Shown here: one piece after another, positions 49,261 through 62,841 of the stretch | How positions within the stretch are numbered: position 1 is the stretch's first letter | Layout: every line of letters starts with the position of its first letter | Assembly (NCBI GenBank): GCA_964016885.1 | Contig: OZ024741.1 | Location: forward strand, 330,274,001-330,338,000 | DNA from: Eledone cirrhosa | Taxonomy: Eukaryota | Direction: 5' to 3' | DNA length: 64,000 nt | The notes under the pieces: generated by a model | What the model saw: the letters and a program-made list of their open reading frames with translations, nothing else | Told to the model about the DNA's origin: nothing | Database searches by the model: none | Program-made: the position numbers and the translations under genes

Positions 49261-51549
49261 ACACATATTCCAATTTGTGGAGGCTACAAATACATTTAAC
49301 TCTTTATTTTTCTTTTCTCTCCTTTTTTTTTTATTTACTTTTTATCTATAAGGGATAGTAGATACCTTTCTCAGTCTGTCATGGTTTATCTATTAGCTTC
49401 ACACGGGCATTTAAATTGATTAAATATATAAATATAACAGTGCGAGATTCGTTTTTGAAAAAATAACAAAAATATCCTCCCATCCTGCGAGTGAAAAAAA
49501 AAACGCAAACAGACAAAATAGAAGAGAGTTCATTGACTGATGGACGAAAGTTTGATTTTTTAAAAACAGTACTTGGTTTCTAAGCATTCTTATAATATCT
49601 ACCTAAAAAAACGAGAGGTTGTTTAATAAATACATTGTAGATGATAGATTAAATGGTTGCTATTATTATTATTGAAGTATACAGTTTTGAAGCAACATAT
49701 TTATCTATTTATAAAACAAGCACTCTGTCTTTCTTGCCAGTAATGTTCCAACCAACATCTGTTACACAGGAGTCTAGCGGCTGTCATGTCACCAACTAGA
49801 CTTACGTCTACACTAAATCGCACACAAAAATTATATATATATGTATATAATAGCAATGGCAGGCATCTAAACTGTTCCTTGCTTTGCAACTGATACATCT
49901 ATTCTTGTATATATATCGTGTTAATGTTCCTAACCAAGGTACATACTTACCTTTTTCTGATTTAACCTGGGGGGAAAATCATAACAGTTAGCAGCAGCAG
50001 GGGGGAAACTACTAACAGCCATAGATAGTTCAGGGGAGACAACCTGTTACTAGCTCCAGTCATTAGAATGTGGCCATGCTGGGGCCTATCATATCGACCC
50101 CCCCCCCCAGTACTTTATTTGTTAAAGTATAGTTCTTAGTTTATCGATCTCTATTTGTTGACTTGCCAAGTTATAGAACATATACAAAACACAGACACTC
50201 ACAAGACAGATCAATCCGATGTTATAGCAGAAAATACCCCCCCCCCCCCAATATCCCACGCAGTGGGGCTGATCCTATAAACACGTGGTTTCGAAACGAA
50301 CTACTTAACGACATAGCCATTGCCTGCACTTATATATTCTAATTATTTTGATTATCTTTCTATTTTACAGCGTCAATAATTTAGATTCAACATTATTTTT
50401 AACCCATTCGTTGCCATATTTCTAAAAAAAAAAAAAAGAAACAAAAAAAACATTGGGTTTTCAAATCATTTTGGAAATAATTATGAATCTGGGAGAATTT
50501 AGTAATATAACTAACCTTATTAAGCTGGTGTTTAGAACATAACAAAAGTTCTTACATGAACTTATGATGGAAAGTTGTTTAGATAAATATGAACTCTTTG
50601 AAATATATAGTTTTGTATAATCGAATCTGGGCTGGTTTCAGGTGGTATGGTGTTAAAAGGGTCAAGAAAGTTTCGCGATTTTTCAACTACTTTTCTTAAA
50701 AAAAAAAATTAGCAAAACAAAGTTTCCATCCGGATGTTTTTTCCACGGTATAATATCACTGTCAACACCGACATTGTTATCGCCCACATTTCCTCAATTA
50801 TTTCAGACAAAGAAACTTCGACCAGAAAACATCAATTAATGATTTCACGTCTTAAAGGTACTGTTACTTGTTGGAGTCTTTTTCTTCACTCATCTTTATA
50901 TTTTTCACCGATTACAATAATGTATTATATCTATTACTTATTTCCTGCCAGACGCGTCCAATCCTGGCTATGATAAAGTGTGTCATTTTTTTCTCCTCTT
51001 TCAAAAAAGTTTGATTCTTTTTTTAAATAACTCTAAAAAAGTTTTCATTGTTGACATTTTTGTATTGCGTTTTCATAATTTGCATTTTCTCTTGTAATAT
51101 TGTCCGTAAACATGATTTTTCTTAGCCCTATCGTATCTTTTCACTATTTGTATTCTAGAAAAAATGTTTAACGTAAGCACAAGGCTACATGCAAACATTG
51201 TTGAAGGTAGAAACAAGTTAATTAAATCAACCCACGACTTGGCTGGTGCTTTATTTTATTTATCGAACACAGCGATGAAAGGCAAAATCAACTTCGATGT
51301 AATTTGAACTAAGACCTGACTTAATACTGATTCTGGTACAACATCGGTCTTTCTCCATTCTATAAATCAGTGGTTTTTGAAACGAGGGGGAAGGGGTACA
51401 ACAATTATTGAGGTTTGTTAAGCTTGCTTGTGTTAATTTGGTGCTTAGGTGAAACATTACTAGACAATTCAAAATGAAGAGGGAATTAAAGAAATCTGAA
51501 ATTGTACGGTGAAAGAGAGAGAGAGAGTGTGTGTGTGTGAAAGAATTAG

Positions 51550-51905
51550 ATTGCGAATACAAGCGGCCGAAATAGTGTTCCTCCAAAGGGTCTTTGGAGT
51601 AACGTGTAACTCGGACATCAGTGTCACTCCAGGTAGTGCTACTACTACTCCGAATTGAGAAACCACAGCTCCGATACTATGAGTATGTGGTAAGAATCAC
51701 TGAACAGATTTTACGGGCGAAAACCAACAGGCAGGAGAACCAGAGGGAGATCCTGAGGAAGATGGTTGGATAACATCCATGAACAGGCTGGTCTAGCTTG
51801 AGGATCCAATCAGATCAGTTGAAGACGGTTGCTTCTGATAGGACTTGTTGGAAAGAGTGTTTGAGGGCTGTGCCCCTAAGACTCTAAGGAATAAGAGCCG
51901 CGGTT
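51550..51905 (+). mobile_element. RTE-type LINE 3' remnant
   Basis: Same family as 5823-6872, collinear across that copy's inversion point. Confidence 0.75.
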
Positions 51906-53438
51906 GTAATTTTACCTCTATATCCACTCTACATCTTCCCATGATTAGTGGTCTCCTCGGTCTCTGTATATATTTCTAAACTTTTGATAAAACTCTTAAA
52001 GTTATTTATTTATTTATTGTATATAAATATTACTGTTACGTGAAAGTAAAATCAACTAAAATCTATCACCGTCGCATCGACAAAACCTATCCTTTATTTC
52101 CTGTAGTAATACTTGGTTGTTTTCATCTAGATGCATAAAATATCCTCATGATTTGCTATGATGTGCTTGTTTGGCTCACGTTAGCTCTGGTATAACGTGT
52201 TCTAGCCTTTACTATTATGGCTTTGAATTGTTTTCTTTTATATTATATCTAGAATTGTGTTATTAAATCAGTCGTCTTCTAAAAATCCTATCCACACTAA
52301 ACCACGTGAAACTAAATCTGGTTGGTTCTATGATACAAAGCTGTTTATTTAAGTATTTACATGTAAATTTAGAATGTTTTAAGCAAAGAAAATGTTTAAA
52401 AAATTAAGTTATGTTTGATAATCCAAAGGAAATACAGAACATTATTATGTAATTTATTTAAATGAGTGTGTATAGAGATTACCAAAATTCGATGATAAGA
52501 ATCAGTAGATTTTTTGTATTTGAACAAAATAAACAAAAAAAACATTTTAATATTGAACTTGATATTTAGATCTGTCAATCTACTTATGACCACCTCTTTT
52601 AGTAGTGAGGATGTTTCTTGAATGAATTAAGTCAATATTCCTTCTGTCATTGGCAGTTAACTGGTTTATAACATCACTATAGAAATGATAGATACGTGTA
52701 ATGATTTGATTGAATTTCATCTACACCCTTTTTGTTTGTAATACACACATACATACATATATACTTTGTTTTTGTATTTCTTTTCCAAGGTTTATATGAA
52801 AACGTGTGTTGAAACATATTATACTTTGGGAGGGTGATGCTGCCAATAAAAACACACGCACCTGTTGGTTTAATAACCAGATGGTTGTCTATTGTCAAAG
52901 CTATTTCGTCACACATTCTGTGACCTCCAAAGGAGAGACACAAAATAACAAAAAGGACTGCTCAGATGTTCATGACTCCTCTGAAGCATATTGCTGTTTA
53001 GGTTAACAGTGCAGCAGTGTTAGGATAAGTCACGAGTCACCTACGTGTAGATAAGTGACTATCTGCTTCTAACCGTTCGTGTCTGCACTTCTTGCCAGTC
53101 CTCCACTCTTGTGGTTTTGTGAAGAAACAGCTGCACATAAAGATGGCAATGCTATGTGCTTGTGCTACACAGATAGCACCCACTCCATCTCCGCAGCTGT
53201 GTGTCCAGTGACAAGCCAAGGCATGGTAACAAGACAGTTACAAGGATGCATGTGTTATTGTCATAGAGTTTAAGCTCCAGGTGTAGCCATACTTACTACT
53301 CTACATGCTTGACTAATTGCAGGTTGGTGAGGCTATTTAACTCTTAGTTGGGTTGGATGGCCATTAACTCTGTGAAGTTCATCCACCCTTTGACAGCTCT
53401 TGTTTTTGTGTTGCTGGGTTTCCATATATATATATATA

Positions 53439-53778
53439 TGGAGGCACATGGCTTAGTGGTTAGAGCATTGTCCTTGCAATCGAAAGGTTGTGAGTTCAAT
53501 TCTCAGACCGGGTGATGTGTTGTTTCCTTGAGCAAGACACTTTATTTCACATTGCTCCAGTTTACTCAGCTGTAGAAATGAGATGATAGGGACTGGGGTC
53601 CATATCATTCCACTGCAAAGTGGTCGTGGAGGTGCCACGGCAAAAAAAAAAAAGCACCCAGCACTCACTGTAAATGAGGTTGGTGTTAGGAAGGGCATCC
53701 AGCTGTAGAAATCAAGCCAGAATCAGTTCCCGTCCCACCTTTGCAAGCAGGGAAAAAGCGGACGTAAAATGAAATGAT
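53439..53778 (+). mobile_element. SINE family A, inserted in (TA)n
   Basis: Near-identical to 8520-8866. Confidence 0.9.
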
Positions 53779-54043
53779 ATATATATGTGGAAAAATTTGC
53801 TTGAGCAAATCTGGTCTCAGGAGCCACAGTCGCAGCCATGTTCAAAGAGAACCAGTGAACTATGATCTCCATGGTGTTGTGAGAGTTCACGGGCAACCTG
53901 ATGCAGGACCTTAAGCCAGGGAGATCCATAGTTGTCGTCAGTTTGTGAAGGAGTGCAAATCTCTAGCAGGCTCGAAAAACCATATCCAAGCGTCACACAT
54001 CTGAATCTGACAAGCGATTGCAATACTCTTGGCAGAGTTTGCA

Positions 54044-54076
<33 letters not shown>

Positions 54077-54469
54077 GAAGTGTATGTGGAAGCATATACA
54101 ATATGTTTATGTATAATAAAGATGCATATGTAGCAGTATGAGTATTTTTAAGATGTGATCATGTAGAGATGTATATGGCAACATATACATATGTTTATCC
54201 TAGAAATTCTTAGTCTTGCTGTAATCATGTCATAGCTAACTCAGTAACCATGTAAGAATGCCAGATACTAATATTTCAGGACAGTTAATCCATCATCAGT
54301 GATGTTTACTCACTCGGTACTGAGATATAGTAGCTAATACCTGTTATATAGGTTGTGAAAATAATACATTTTTGGTGATCTTTATTTGCATATAATGCTG
54401 ACTTGACAGGTTAGTATTAATTAGCAGCTTCACTGGCACAGTGTGATTCATAATAGAGCCACATATGGA

Positions 54470-54900
54470 AACATACACAATGTGTTTATGTCTAATAAGC
54501 ATAAATAGTCTGACCAGAATTGAATCGAACATGCTCCAATGGATGTCTAATGTTAAAGGGCATGAACAATGAAGCACAGATGAGGTGAGAGAAAAACTGG
54601 GTATGAGAGGGAACAGATGTAGTGTGCAAGAGAGAAGGCTGTGCTAGTATAGACATGTGAAGTGTATGGATGATGATTATTGGAGGAAGAAGTGCCAGGA
54701 ATTCCAAGTGGAAAGAAGCCATTAAAGAGGAAGACTGAGAAAGACTGGTATTGAGGTGGTGAAAGCTCATCTCAAGAACTTGAACCTCACCAAGGAAAGA
54801 ACCAATTGAAGAGATACTATACTGAAGAGAAGTTATCTTACCTGTGCAAGCATGGAAAATTGGTATCTAATGCATGGAAAAATGGACCTAAAAATGATGT
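54470..54900 (+). mobile_element. Decayed RTE 3' end
   Basis: Similar to 38390-38780 (MLQWM.NV, AAGAAGTGCCAGGAATT). Confidence 0.7.
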
Positions 54901-56199
54901 CATTTACATCTATATCTATGTATGTATATCTGTGTGTATATACGTAGTAAATAAAACCATTATTGTTCCAATCAGTCCACAAACTCTCAACCCTAAATGG
55001 AATGCCAACTTGCACATATGACTCCTGCCAAGTCAAACACGGACCACCCGTCTTCCCAAACTTGGCGTACGTATGTATAAACATGATGATGACATGTACA
55101 TCTATATCTATCTGTATATGTCTGTGTATTTTATTCAAAAACTCCAAAACAAACAGCTATAAAACCATATATACTTATTATTCATCATTTCACAGGTAAG
55201 GTTTATATAACATTCCTTTCAAAATATAAAATCTAAATATTTTGTCTTACATTTATCTCTTTTCCTTCACTCTCTGTAGAAAGAGAGAGAAAATGTATAA
55301 AAGAACATAACAGATAATCTGAGAGAAGGTGGAATAGAGAGAGAGAGAGGGAATGAGATATATATATGAGAGAAGCAGAGAGAAAAAAATTGAAATGAAA
55401 TTCATAGCTCATAGATATGTCACCTTAACTGCCCTCTTATGGGGTTGTATCTCATAGGATGTTTTAATGATAGGGGACCCAGTCCTATCATGAAAAGTAA
55501 CATGAAAGGAAGAGTCTTGCTCAAAAATACAACACACCAATTGACCCAAGAATCTTACTCCAAACCTTATGATAGTAAGTTCAACACCCTTACCACTAGG
55601 GCATGTACTTTCATTTCTTCTTCGCCCACTTATTCCTGGGAGAATCATGGGGGGAAAAAGTCCTGAAACACTCCAGCGAGTTCTGTCAGAAGCAACTGTC
55701 TCCAGTTGATCCAGCTGGGTTTCCTGCTGGTTGGCTTTGCCCCGTAAAATCTGTTAAGCACTCCTTTCCTGAGACATTCTAACCTCAAACTTTTTTTAAA
55801 CATTGCCTCATTTTGGAGGACATGTTTCGACAGGACTCCTCATTTTATATTTTAGTAATCCCTTTTATTAAAACAGTTATTGTATAACCGCAAAATATAC
55901 TTTTCTTTATTCTTTTACTAGTTTTATTATTCTTAACTATGGCTATGCTTGGACACCATCATTGACAACATAAAAATTCATACATTGAGATATCAATTCA
56001 AAGTCTGTTATTTGGTTGACAGTGGAGACCATTCTTCTGTTGGTTTCAGTCAGTAGACAGCAGCCATGCTGGGGGCACTGATTTGGTTTAGTTGATCATA
56101 TTGACCCCAGTATTTATTCTTTCAAGACAGATATTTTATTAATTTCTTTTTTTTTTTTTGTTAGGTTGCTAAGTTACAGGGCATAGATAAACAGATACA

Positions 56200-57290
56200 C
56201 ATCATCATCATCATGTTATAATATTTATTTTCCTTGTTAGCAAGGGTTGGAGGGGTCATCTCAGACCACCAAGTCAGTATGTAAATGGAGTGTCATCCTG
56301 TACATATGGGGAGGTGGGTCTTCTGCAATATGGCATATCACTAAAGAACTTGATTCCATTTAATTGTGTGAGATCTGCTTTTATCACATCATCCCAAGCT
56401 TTCTTAGATCTTCCTCTTCCATAGTTTCCATCAACTTTCAGTGCCCTGCACCTTTTTATTCGTTTGTTCTCATCCATACACATCACATGTCCATATCACT
56501 GCAATCTCCTCTCATGCACACTGCATCTGACCCCTCTTATGCCTAGTTTCTCTCTCAGTTTATTAATACTTGGACATACATGTGCACTATTATATTTATC
56601 GAATTTCCTGCTACACCTCTTGTGTACCCATAGTTTGCATTTGAAACATAGAATGGAATTTCCACCTAATCATTTCATGTATGTTAAGAAAGGCCATTTT
56701 CCTGAAGGGTGCAGGGCCCTGTTTTCTTTTCTACTTACTAGGACTTTAGTTTTTGTCAAATTTTACCTCCATGTCAGGAATTTCTGCTCTAAATTTGGCT
56801 ATAATGACTAGATCATTAGCAAATAGGAGTTCCCATGGGTAACCAATTTTAAACTCTTCTATTATAGCCTGGAGCACAATAATAAACAGGAGAGGGTTAA
56901 ACTCAGCCCTGGAGGACCCCTAATTGCATGCTATACTCCTCACTATAGTCATCATTAACTCTAAACTTGCTGACTGCTCTTCTGTACATGGCTTTTAGTA
57001 CCTGCACAACCCACTCATCTACCTCTAGCTTCCTTAGAGCCCAACAGATTATGGAATGGGGGCACTCTATCAAATTCTTTTTCCAAGTAGAGAGGCTTAA
57101 CTTTTAGCTAGGTACTTCTGCAGTTGCCTCTTAAGGAAAATAGCATCACTGGTACTTTTACTTGGTACAGTGTTTAACTGCATCTTATCTAGGTTAACTT
57201 GATTCCTAATCAGCTGCATGATAACTCTTTCTGAAACTTTCATGATCTAGTTCATCAATTTGATGCCTCTGTAGTTACATTATAAATTCT
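56200..57290 (-). mobile_element. Decayed RTE LINE (PHD-bearing family)
   Basis: Remnants of PWELL, TKTKVL, NSILCFKCKLWVHKRCS and GRGRSKKAWD, with a CAT-repeat tail. Confidence 0.8.
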
Positions 57291-58106
57291 ATCTTAATGA
57301 AATAAATAATTTTAGTAAATCCCTCCAAATTCTTCATTAATTATTTAGAATACAGTGTATTTCATTAGAAATATAGTCATACTAATTTCAAGTAACACAT
57401 ATTCCTGAGAGGAATGTTGGGAACAGACTCCTCAAGTACTCCTTCCAGTGTGTCCTGTCAGAAGCAACTATCTCTAATTGATCTGGTTGGATCTCCAGGT
57501 GAGACCAGCCAAGTTCATGGATGTTATCCAACCATCTTGCTTCGGATCTACCCCTTGGTCTCCTGCTGGTTTGTTTTCCCTGTAAAATCTGTCCAGCAAT
57601 TCTCTACTGAAACATTCTAACCACATGCCCGTAATATTGGATCTGTAATCTCTCAATTCAGAGAAATAGCTGCTCTACCTGGAGCGACTCTCATGAAGTT
57701 GATGATGAAAATGTTGGAAGCCAAAAGATGAAATGGTGAAGACATAGTCAAGAATATTGAGCCAGCTTCAATGGTATGGAGATGTAGAATCAATGATGGT
57801 TGTGATGATAATGGTATCTTTCTGTTGGTGTCTTCTTTCACAAAATCATCTTTGCTAACTACTGGCATTTTCTATCATTCTTTTGTTGGTAGCCAGTTGA
57901 CTTTGGCCATGCTGGAGCGCTGCCTTATTTTAGTTGAGTATGTTAACTAACCCCAAACATGGTTGGTGATAGGAAGGGCATCCAGTTGGAAAAATCTAAG
58001 CCAAATTTACAGTTCTATTTGAGCAAGGTACGGCGCACCCAGTGGGCCTGATTTGTCTCATGGCGTGGGTAACCCGACTAACCCATGCAAGCATGGAAAA
58101 TGGACG

Positions 58107-58309
58107 TTAACCCTTTAGCATTTAAACTGGCCCTATCCGACTTAGGCTCAAACCGGCTCAAACCGGTCATAACCGGTTGCTCATACCGACGTTAAGGTAT
58201 TGTTCTCAAAATAAATAACAAAATCTCATATATTCGATATTATGTGAGATAGTCATTTCTGTAAAAATACAATAGTAAATATATAGTAATGTGAATGCTA
58301 AAGGGTTAA
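58107..58309. mobile_element. piggyBac-type MITE
   Basis: TTAA-CCCTTTAGCATT...AATGCTAAAGGG-TTAA inserted into the TTAA of a SINE tail (GGACG|TTAA|ACAGTGAT). Related CCCTT/AAGGG-TTAA ends at ~3000, 6955, 12862, 31800, 32432, 34860 and 48548. Confidence 0.85.
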
Positions 58310-60915
58310 ACAGTGATATTGACAATGACGATGATTACTTATTTTATCACTGTCTTTTTGTTGCATTGTTAGGTTCCAGGATATAGACTCAGATACATAC
58401 ACACACAAATATATATATACATATATCATCATAATATATATATATTTACGTGATGGGTTTCTGCTGTTTCCACCTACAAAAATTCCACTTACAATTCATT
58501 GGTCAAGCTGTAGCTGAAGAAAGATGCTTGCCCAAGGTGTCATGTGAATGATGTAGTTGCAAAGTGAGCTCCTTTACCACACCTAGCTTTCTATTACTCT
58601 ATAACCAAGTCACTAAAATTAAATATTTTTTCTCCATATTTTTTTCATTGTTCTGGTATGGAATAATAATGGTTTTATTTTTGATAAGATTTTTTATGAT
58701 ATGAGACTTAAAGCATGAGAATTGTCTGATTTTAGAAGAAAGTTTATTAGTAATAGTAGTAACAACAGCAAGAAACTCTTGGATGAGCTGGACAGCAAAT
58801 CTTCAGAGAAGAATCCTCCATCATGGAAGTGTTTTTACCCTTAACTCTTTACATTCTAAGAGGACTGAGACACATCCAGATTATGACTCTTGCATGCTCT
58901 TCTGCCAGTACCTTTAACTACTTGGGTATTGGAGACTTGTGTGTAGGGCATTTAAACTGTATGGAGATCGCTTCTGTTCCCCTTTGACCAGATTCATTTG
59001 GAACTCCTTTCCAGTGTTTCTGTTATTTATTACCTTTAGGGCTTTGGTCCTTTTTGACTAGAGATTGAAAGTTGTGTATTGAGATTTGCTTGTGTCTGTA
59101 GATTTGTTTACAAACCCTTCAGGCTGCTGACTAGACTGGTATATTTGTCAAGCTTGTTGATCTTCCATTCTATTTTCAAACGGCACAATGAAATCAATCA
59201 AATTCAGCTTTTTTTTTACGAGCCAGAGTGAAGTACTATGTCTGACATAGGAAAAAATGTTAAAGGGTAATGTAAAACTATAAATATTAGAAATATTAAA
59301 AATACAGTCCTAATTTAACTTCAAATAGATGTTAGAAAGAACTTTTTTTGTAACGATTATCTCCCCTTGCAATTATCTGAATTAATTTTATGCAGTTCCA
59401 AAAAAATATTCTACGGTTATGCAAGGGAGATAATCATCAATCGGTTAACTTGACATGTAATTTTTTAAAAACTTTTAAAAAAAAACAAGTGATGGGAACA
59501 AAGAAGACGGTGTTTATGGTAATGTGAAGACTTTTTATAAAGTTCCTAATCAGCATTCTCTACGCTTCCTGATTTTTTTTTATTGATTACAAATACAAAT
59601 ATCAATACCTCATTTAAAGATTTCCTTTTTTTACCTGTATCATTTCAATATTATTTATTCATTTTAATTAATTAAAAATTCTATTGCAATTAATCTAAAT
59701 ATATATATATTTATATATATAACATTATCTCCCTTTAGCAAACTTTCCTGATGTTTTATATATATGTTTTTTATTTAATTTAACTTATTTTACCAAACCC
59801 TTCGTTAACGAATGCACTTACATATACATAACATACATATATATCTACATATATATTATAAACACGTGTGTGTATGGCATGACAAAGAAAGTTGGTTTAT
59901 TGTGGAAATTCGGTTGATTATTATTCTACCAGCAAGACGCCAAAGAACTTAAAAAATATATTTCTCTCTGGGATCGGAAACAACAAGGCTTTGCTTTATA
60001 TATTGCCATTATTTTATAACGTAACCGTCTTTTTTTTTAAAGTGGATAGCTACTGCTCTTTTAAAACCAATTATGCTCTTATTAGCTCATTCATGACCAC
60101 GCCTCAAATCTACTGTTTAAAATGTTTTCATTTTAATATTGTAAATTGTCTTTTTTAACGATTTGGTTTCCTATTTAAAGTGAGAGGAAAAATTAGAAAA
60201 TCGTACAACGTTTTTTGTATTTTTATTTTTACATTAAAAATATATTTGAATATATTTTTAAAATAAGGTTGCTGCTAATTTCCGATTAATATAATTTTAA
60301 TACTTATACTGTACTGTACTGTCCGTTATTGTAAGTAACATTAATACACTCTACAGGCATTAAAGCAACAGAAAACTTTCTATATATATTTTGTGTAATT
60401 TGTATGTGATGAAAGTTATTGTGGAAGGTGTCTTGTTTCGATTAACTTACCGTTCCATACACTCTGTAGTGGGAAAGGATATATTTTTTGAAGAATAAGG
60501 AAGATGGCAGTGACTTCGAAGTTTCTGTGATTGCTTCTTTTGATATATATATATATACACACACACACACTCACTTATTTTGGGGGTTATTTTTTTTTTT
60601 TTTGTATCATTGTCTTTCTATCTCAACGATTTGATATTATTTTATTTTAAAGTTCCAACATAAGATATAATTTGTTTATGTGAGTGTCCTATGTTGTGGT
60701 TTTTTATTAGTTTGACAGTCTGTTCTCCTTTCGTTTCATAGTAGTTTAGGGAACGATTGATGTAGAATTAATAGAACTTTGTTTTTTATTATTTTGAATT
60801 TCTGCGAGGTTTTAAGAATGAAAATGTGGATATGTAATTTGTTTAAATAATTTTGTTTGCATTTGTATCAAGTCTATTAACTTTCCGATAGCGACATTAT
60901 CAGAAACTTAAAATC

Positions 60916-62163
60916 ATGAATTATAAACTCGATCAAAATTCTGGTAACTTGTCATATTTTATGAAATCCAAGACTTTGCACACAATTCCAACCATCTGTT
61001 CAATAGACAATAGCCAAAGCACATCTTCTGATTTTGGTAGTAAACCGGACAGTCTATACCCAAATAATGAAATTCTTAAATGCCCTATGAGACGAACTTT
61101 GGCCCTTGCCAAACCATTCAAGTGTGGGGTTTGCCGTAAAGGGTTTTCTCGTAAAATCAACCTTAATAATCATGAACGTACCGGAGCAAAGCACTTTTAT
61201 TGCACATTTTGCAAGAAGGCTTTCTCCCAGGAAATCATTTTGCGGAATCACGAGCGGACTCATACTGGTGAAAAACCATATCACTGTTCTTTTTGTGATC
61301 GTGCATTTTCTCAACTGACCGAATGGCGCAACCATGAACGTGTTCACACCGGAGAAAAACCATACGCCTGTTCTATATGTAACAAGGCATTTAGTCAACA
61401 GGGCAATCTCAAAATACATTTGCGAACTCACACAGGAGAGAAGCCATATACATGCGTTGACTGTGGTAAAACATTTAGTCAACGAACCAATCTAGACAAT
61501 CATAGACGTACCCACACCGGAGAACTTTTTAAGTGTGTCTTTTGTCCGAAATCATTTTCTTTGCTCATTAATCTCAAAAGCCACGAACGTATTCATACCG
61601 GCGAGAAACCATTTAAATGTTCCTTTTGTGCCAAAGTATTCAGTCAGCAATCAAGTTTACGTAGTCACGAACGAACTCACACTGGGGTGAAACCGTACCA
61701 GTGTTCTTTTTGCTCGAAAGCTTTTACACAACAGACAAACCTCCGTAACCATGAACGTATTCATACTGGAGAGAAACCATTTGATTGTTTCGTTTGTGGA
61801 AAAGCATTTTCCCAAGTAACCAACCTAAAGAATCATGAACGTACACACACAATTGAAGAACTGCGGAAATTGTCTGAAACTAAATCATCGACATCAGAAG
61901 CACTTTCTTCTCAGAATTCCCAGCATCCTCAACTACCAAATTCTAATCCTACCATCAGACCTCAACCTCTTAACATCCCCTCGACTTGGTTATCTTCTAC
62001 ATATCCCCACCATCAATTAACTCCAAACAACTGGGACAACAATTACAATTGGTCCCGTGGCTTCCCAATGCCGCAAAGATTAAATCCCGGTGGAAACACT
62101 ACTGCACCACAATTTATGCCACAACCACCAAATGCACATCATTCTACATGCAGTAGAGTCTAG
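60916..62163 (+). CDS. C2H2 zinc-finger protein B (1 degenerate + 8 canonical fingers, Pro/Asn-rich tail)
   Basis: Intact 415-aa ORF with TGEKP linkers. Candidate acceptor ctttccgatag ending at 60891. Confidence 0.95.
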   Translation: MNYKLDQNSGNLSYFMKSKTLHTIPTICSIDNSQSTSSDFGSKPDSLYPNNEILKCPMRRTLALAKPFKCGVCRKGFSRKINLNNHERTGAKHFYCTFCKKAFSQEIILRNHERTHTGEKPYHCSFCDRAFSQLTEWRNHERVHTGEKPYACSICNKAFSQQGNLKIHLRTHTGEKPYTCVDCGKTFSQRTNLDNHRRTHTGELFKCVFCPKSFSLLINLKSHERIHTGEKPFKCSFCAKVFSQQSSLRSHERTHTGVKPYQCSFCSKAFTQQTNLRNHERIHTGEKPFDCFVCGKAFSQVTNLKNHERTHTIEELRKLSETKSSTSEALSSQNSQHPQLPNSNPTIRPQPLNIPSTWLSSTYPHHQLTPNNWDNNYNWSRGFPMPQRLNPGGNTTAPQFMPQPPNAHHSTCSRV

Positions 62164-62186
62164 CCTGAAATGTCTATATACATACA

Positions 62187-62841
62187 CCGTATATACTCGA
62201 ATCTAAGCCAAGGAATATGTGACCCCAAAAAAATCGACGGTGGAATTGGGGAGGGGGGACTTGTATTTGGGGTCTGTTTTCACGATTTACAGCAACTTCT
62301 AATTCTACGTAAACAAGGTTGGAATTTTTGCCCATTTCTCAGACATAAATAGTGGGCTCTGCTTATATTTGAGTATATATGGTGTATAAGTATATATATG
62401 TATATACTCGAATATAAACCAAGAAATGTGTGACCAAAAAATCGATGGTAGAATGGGTGGGGGGGGGGGGGGGTGCCAGCTTATATTTGGCGGCCAATAT
62501 TTTGACGATTTTTACCAACTTCAAATTCTACATGAACAAGGTTTGAAATTTTGCCCATTTCTCAGACATAAATTAATGGGCCAGCTTATATTCGAGTATA
62601 TACGGTATATATATATATATATATTTTGTATATACTCGAATTTAAGCTGAGGAATATGTGACTAGAAAAAAAAATCGATGGTGGAAGTGGGGGGCGGGGG
62701 TGCCAGCTTATATTTTGATGATTTATACCAACCTCAAATTCTACATAAATAATAAATAAGGTTTGGATTTTGCCCATTTCTCAGACATAAAATAATGGGG
62801 TTGGTTTATATTTGTATTCGCTTATATTCAAGTATATACAG
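62187..62841. mobile_element. Three head-to-tail ~200-bp MITE-like units right after the ZNF-B stop
   Basis: Units ~62187-62382, 62398-62605 and 62626-62841, each bounded by CCGTATATACTCGAAT.TAAGC ... GCTTATATTCGAGTATATACGG and separated by TA-rich spacers. Confidence 0.85.

Noticed and set aside
49943-49952. U1 snRNA 5' end (ATACTTACCT)
   Set aside because: The following sequence does not resemble U1. It is more likely a minus-strand splice donor (AAG|GTAAGTAT) or chance.
52860-54050. Possible coding remnant interrupted by a SINE
   Set aside because: It is more GC-rich and probably transposon-derived, but I could not recognise any motif well enough to call it.
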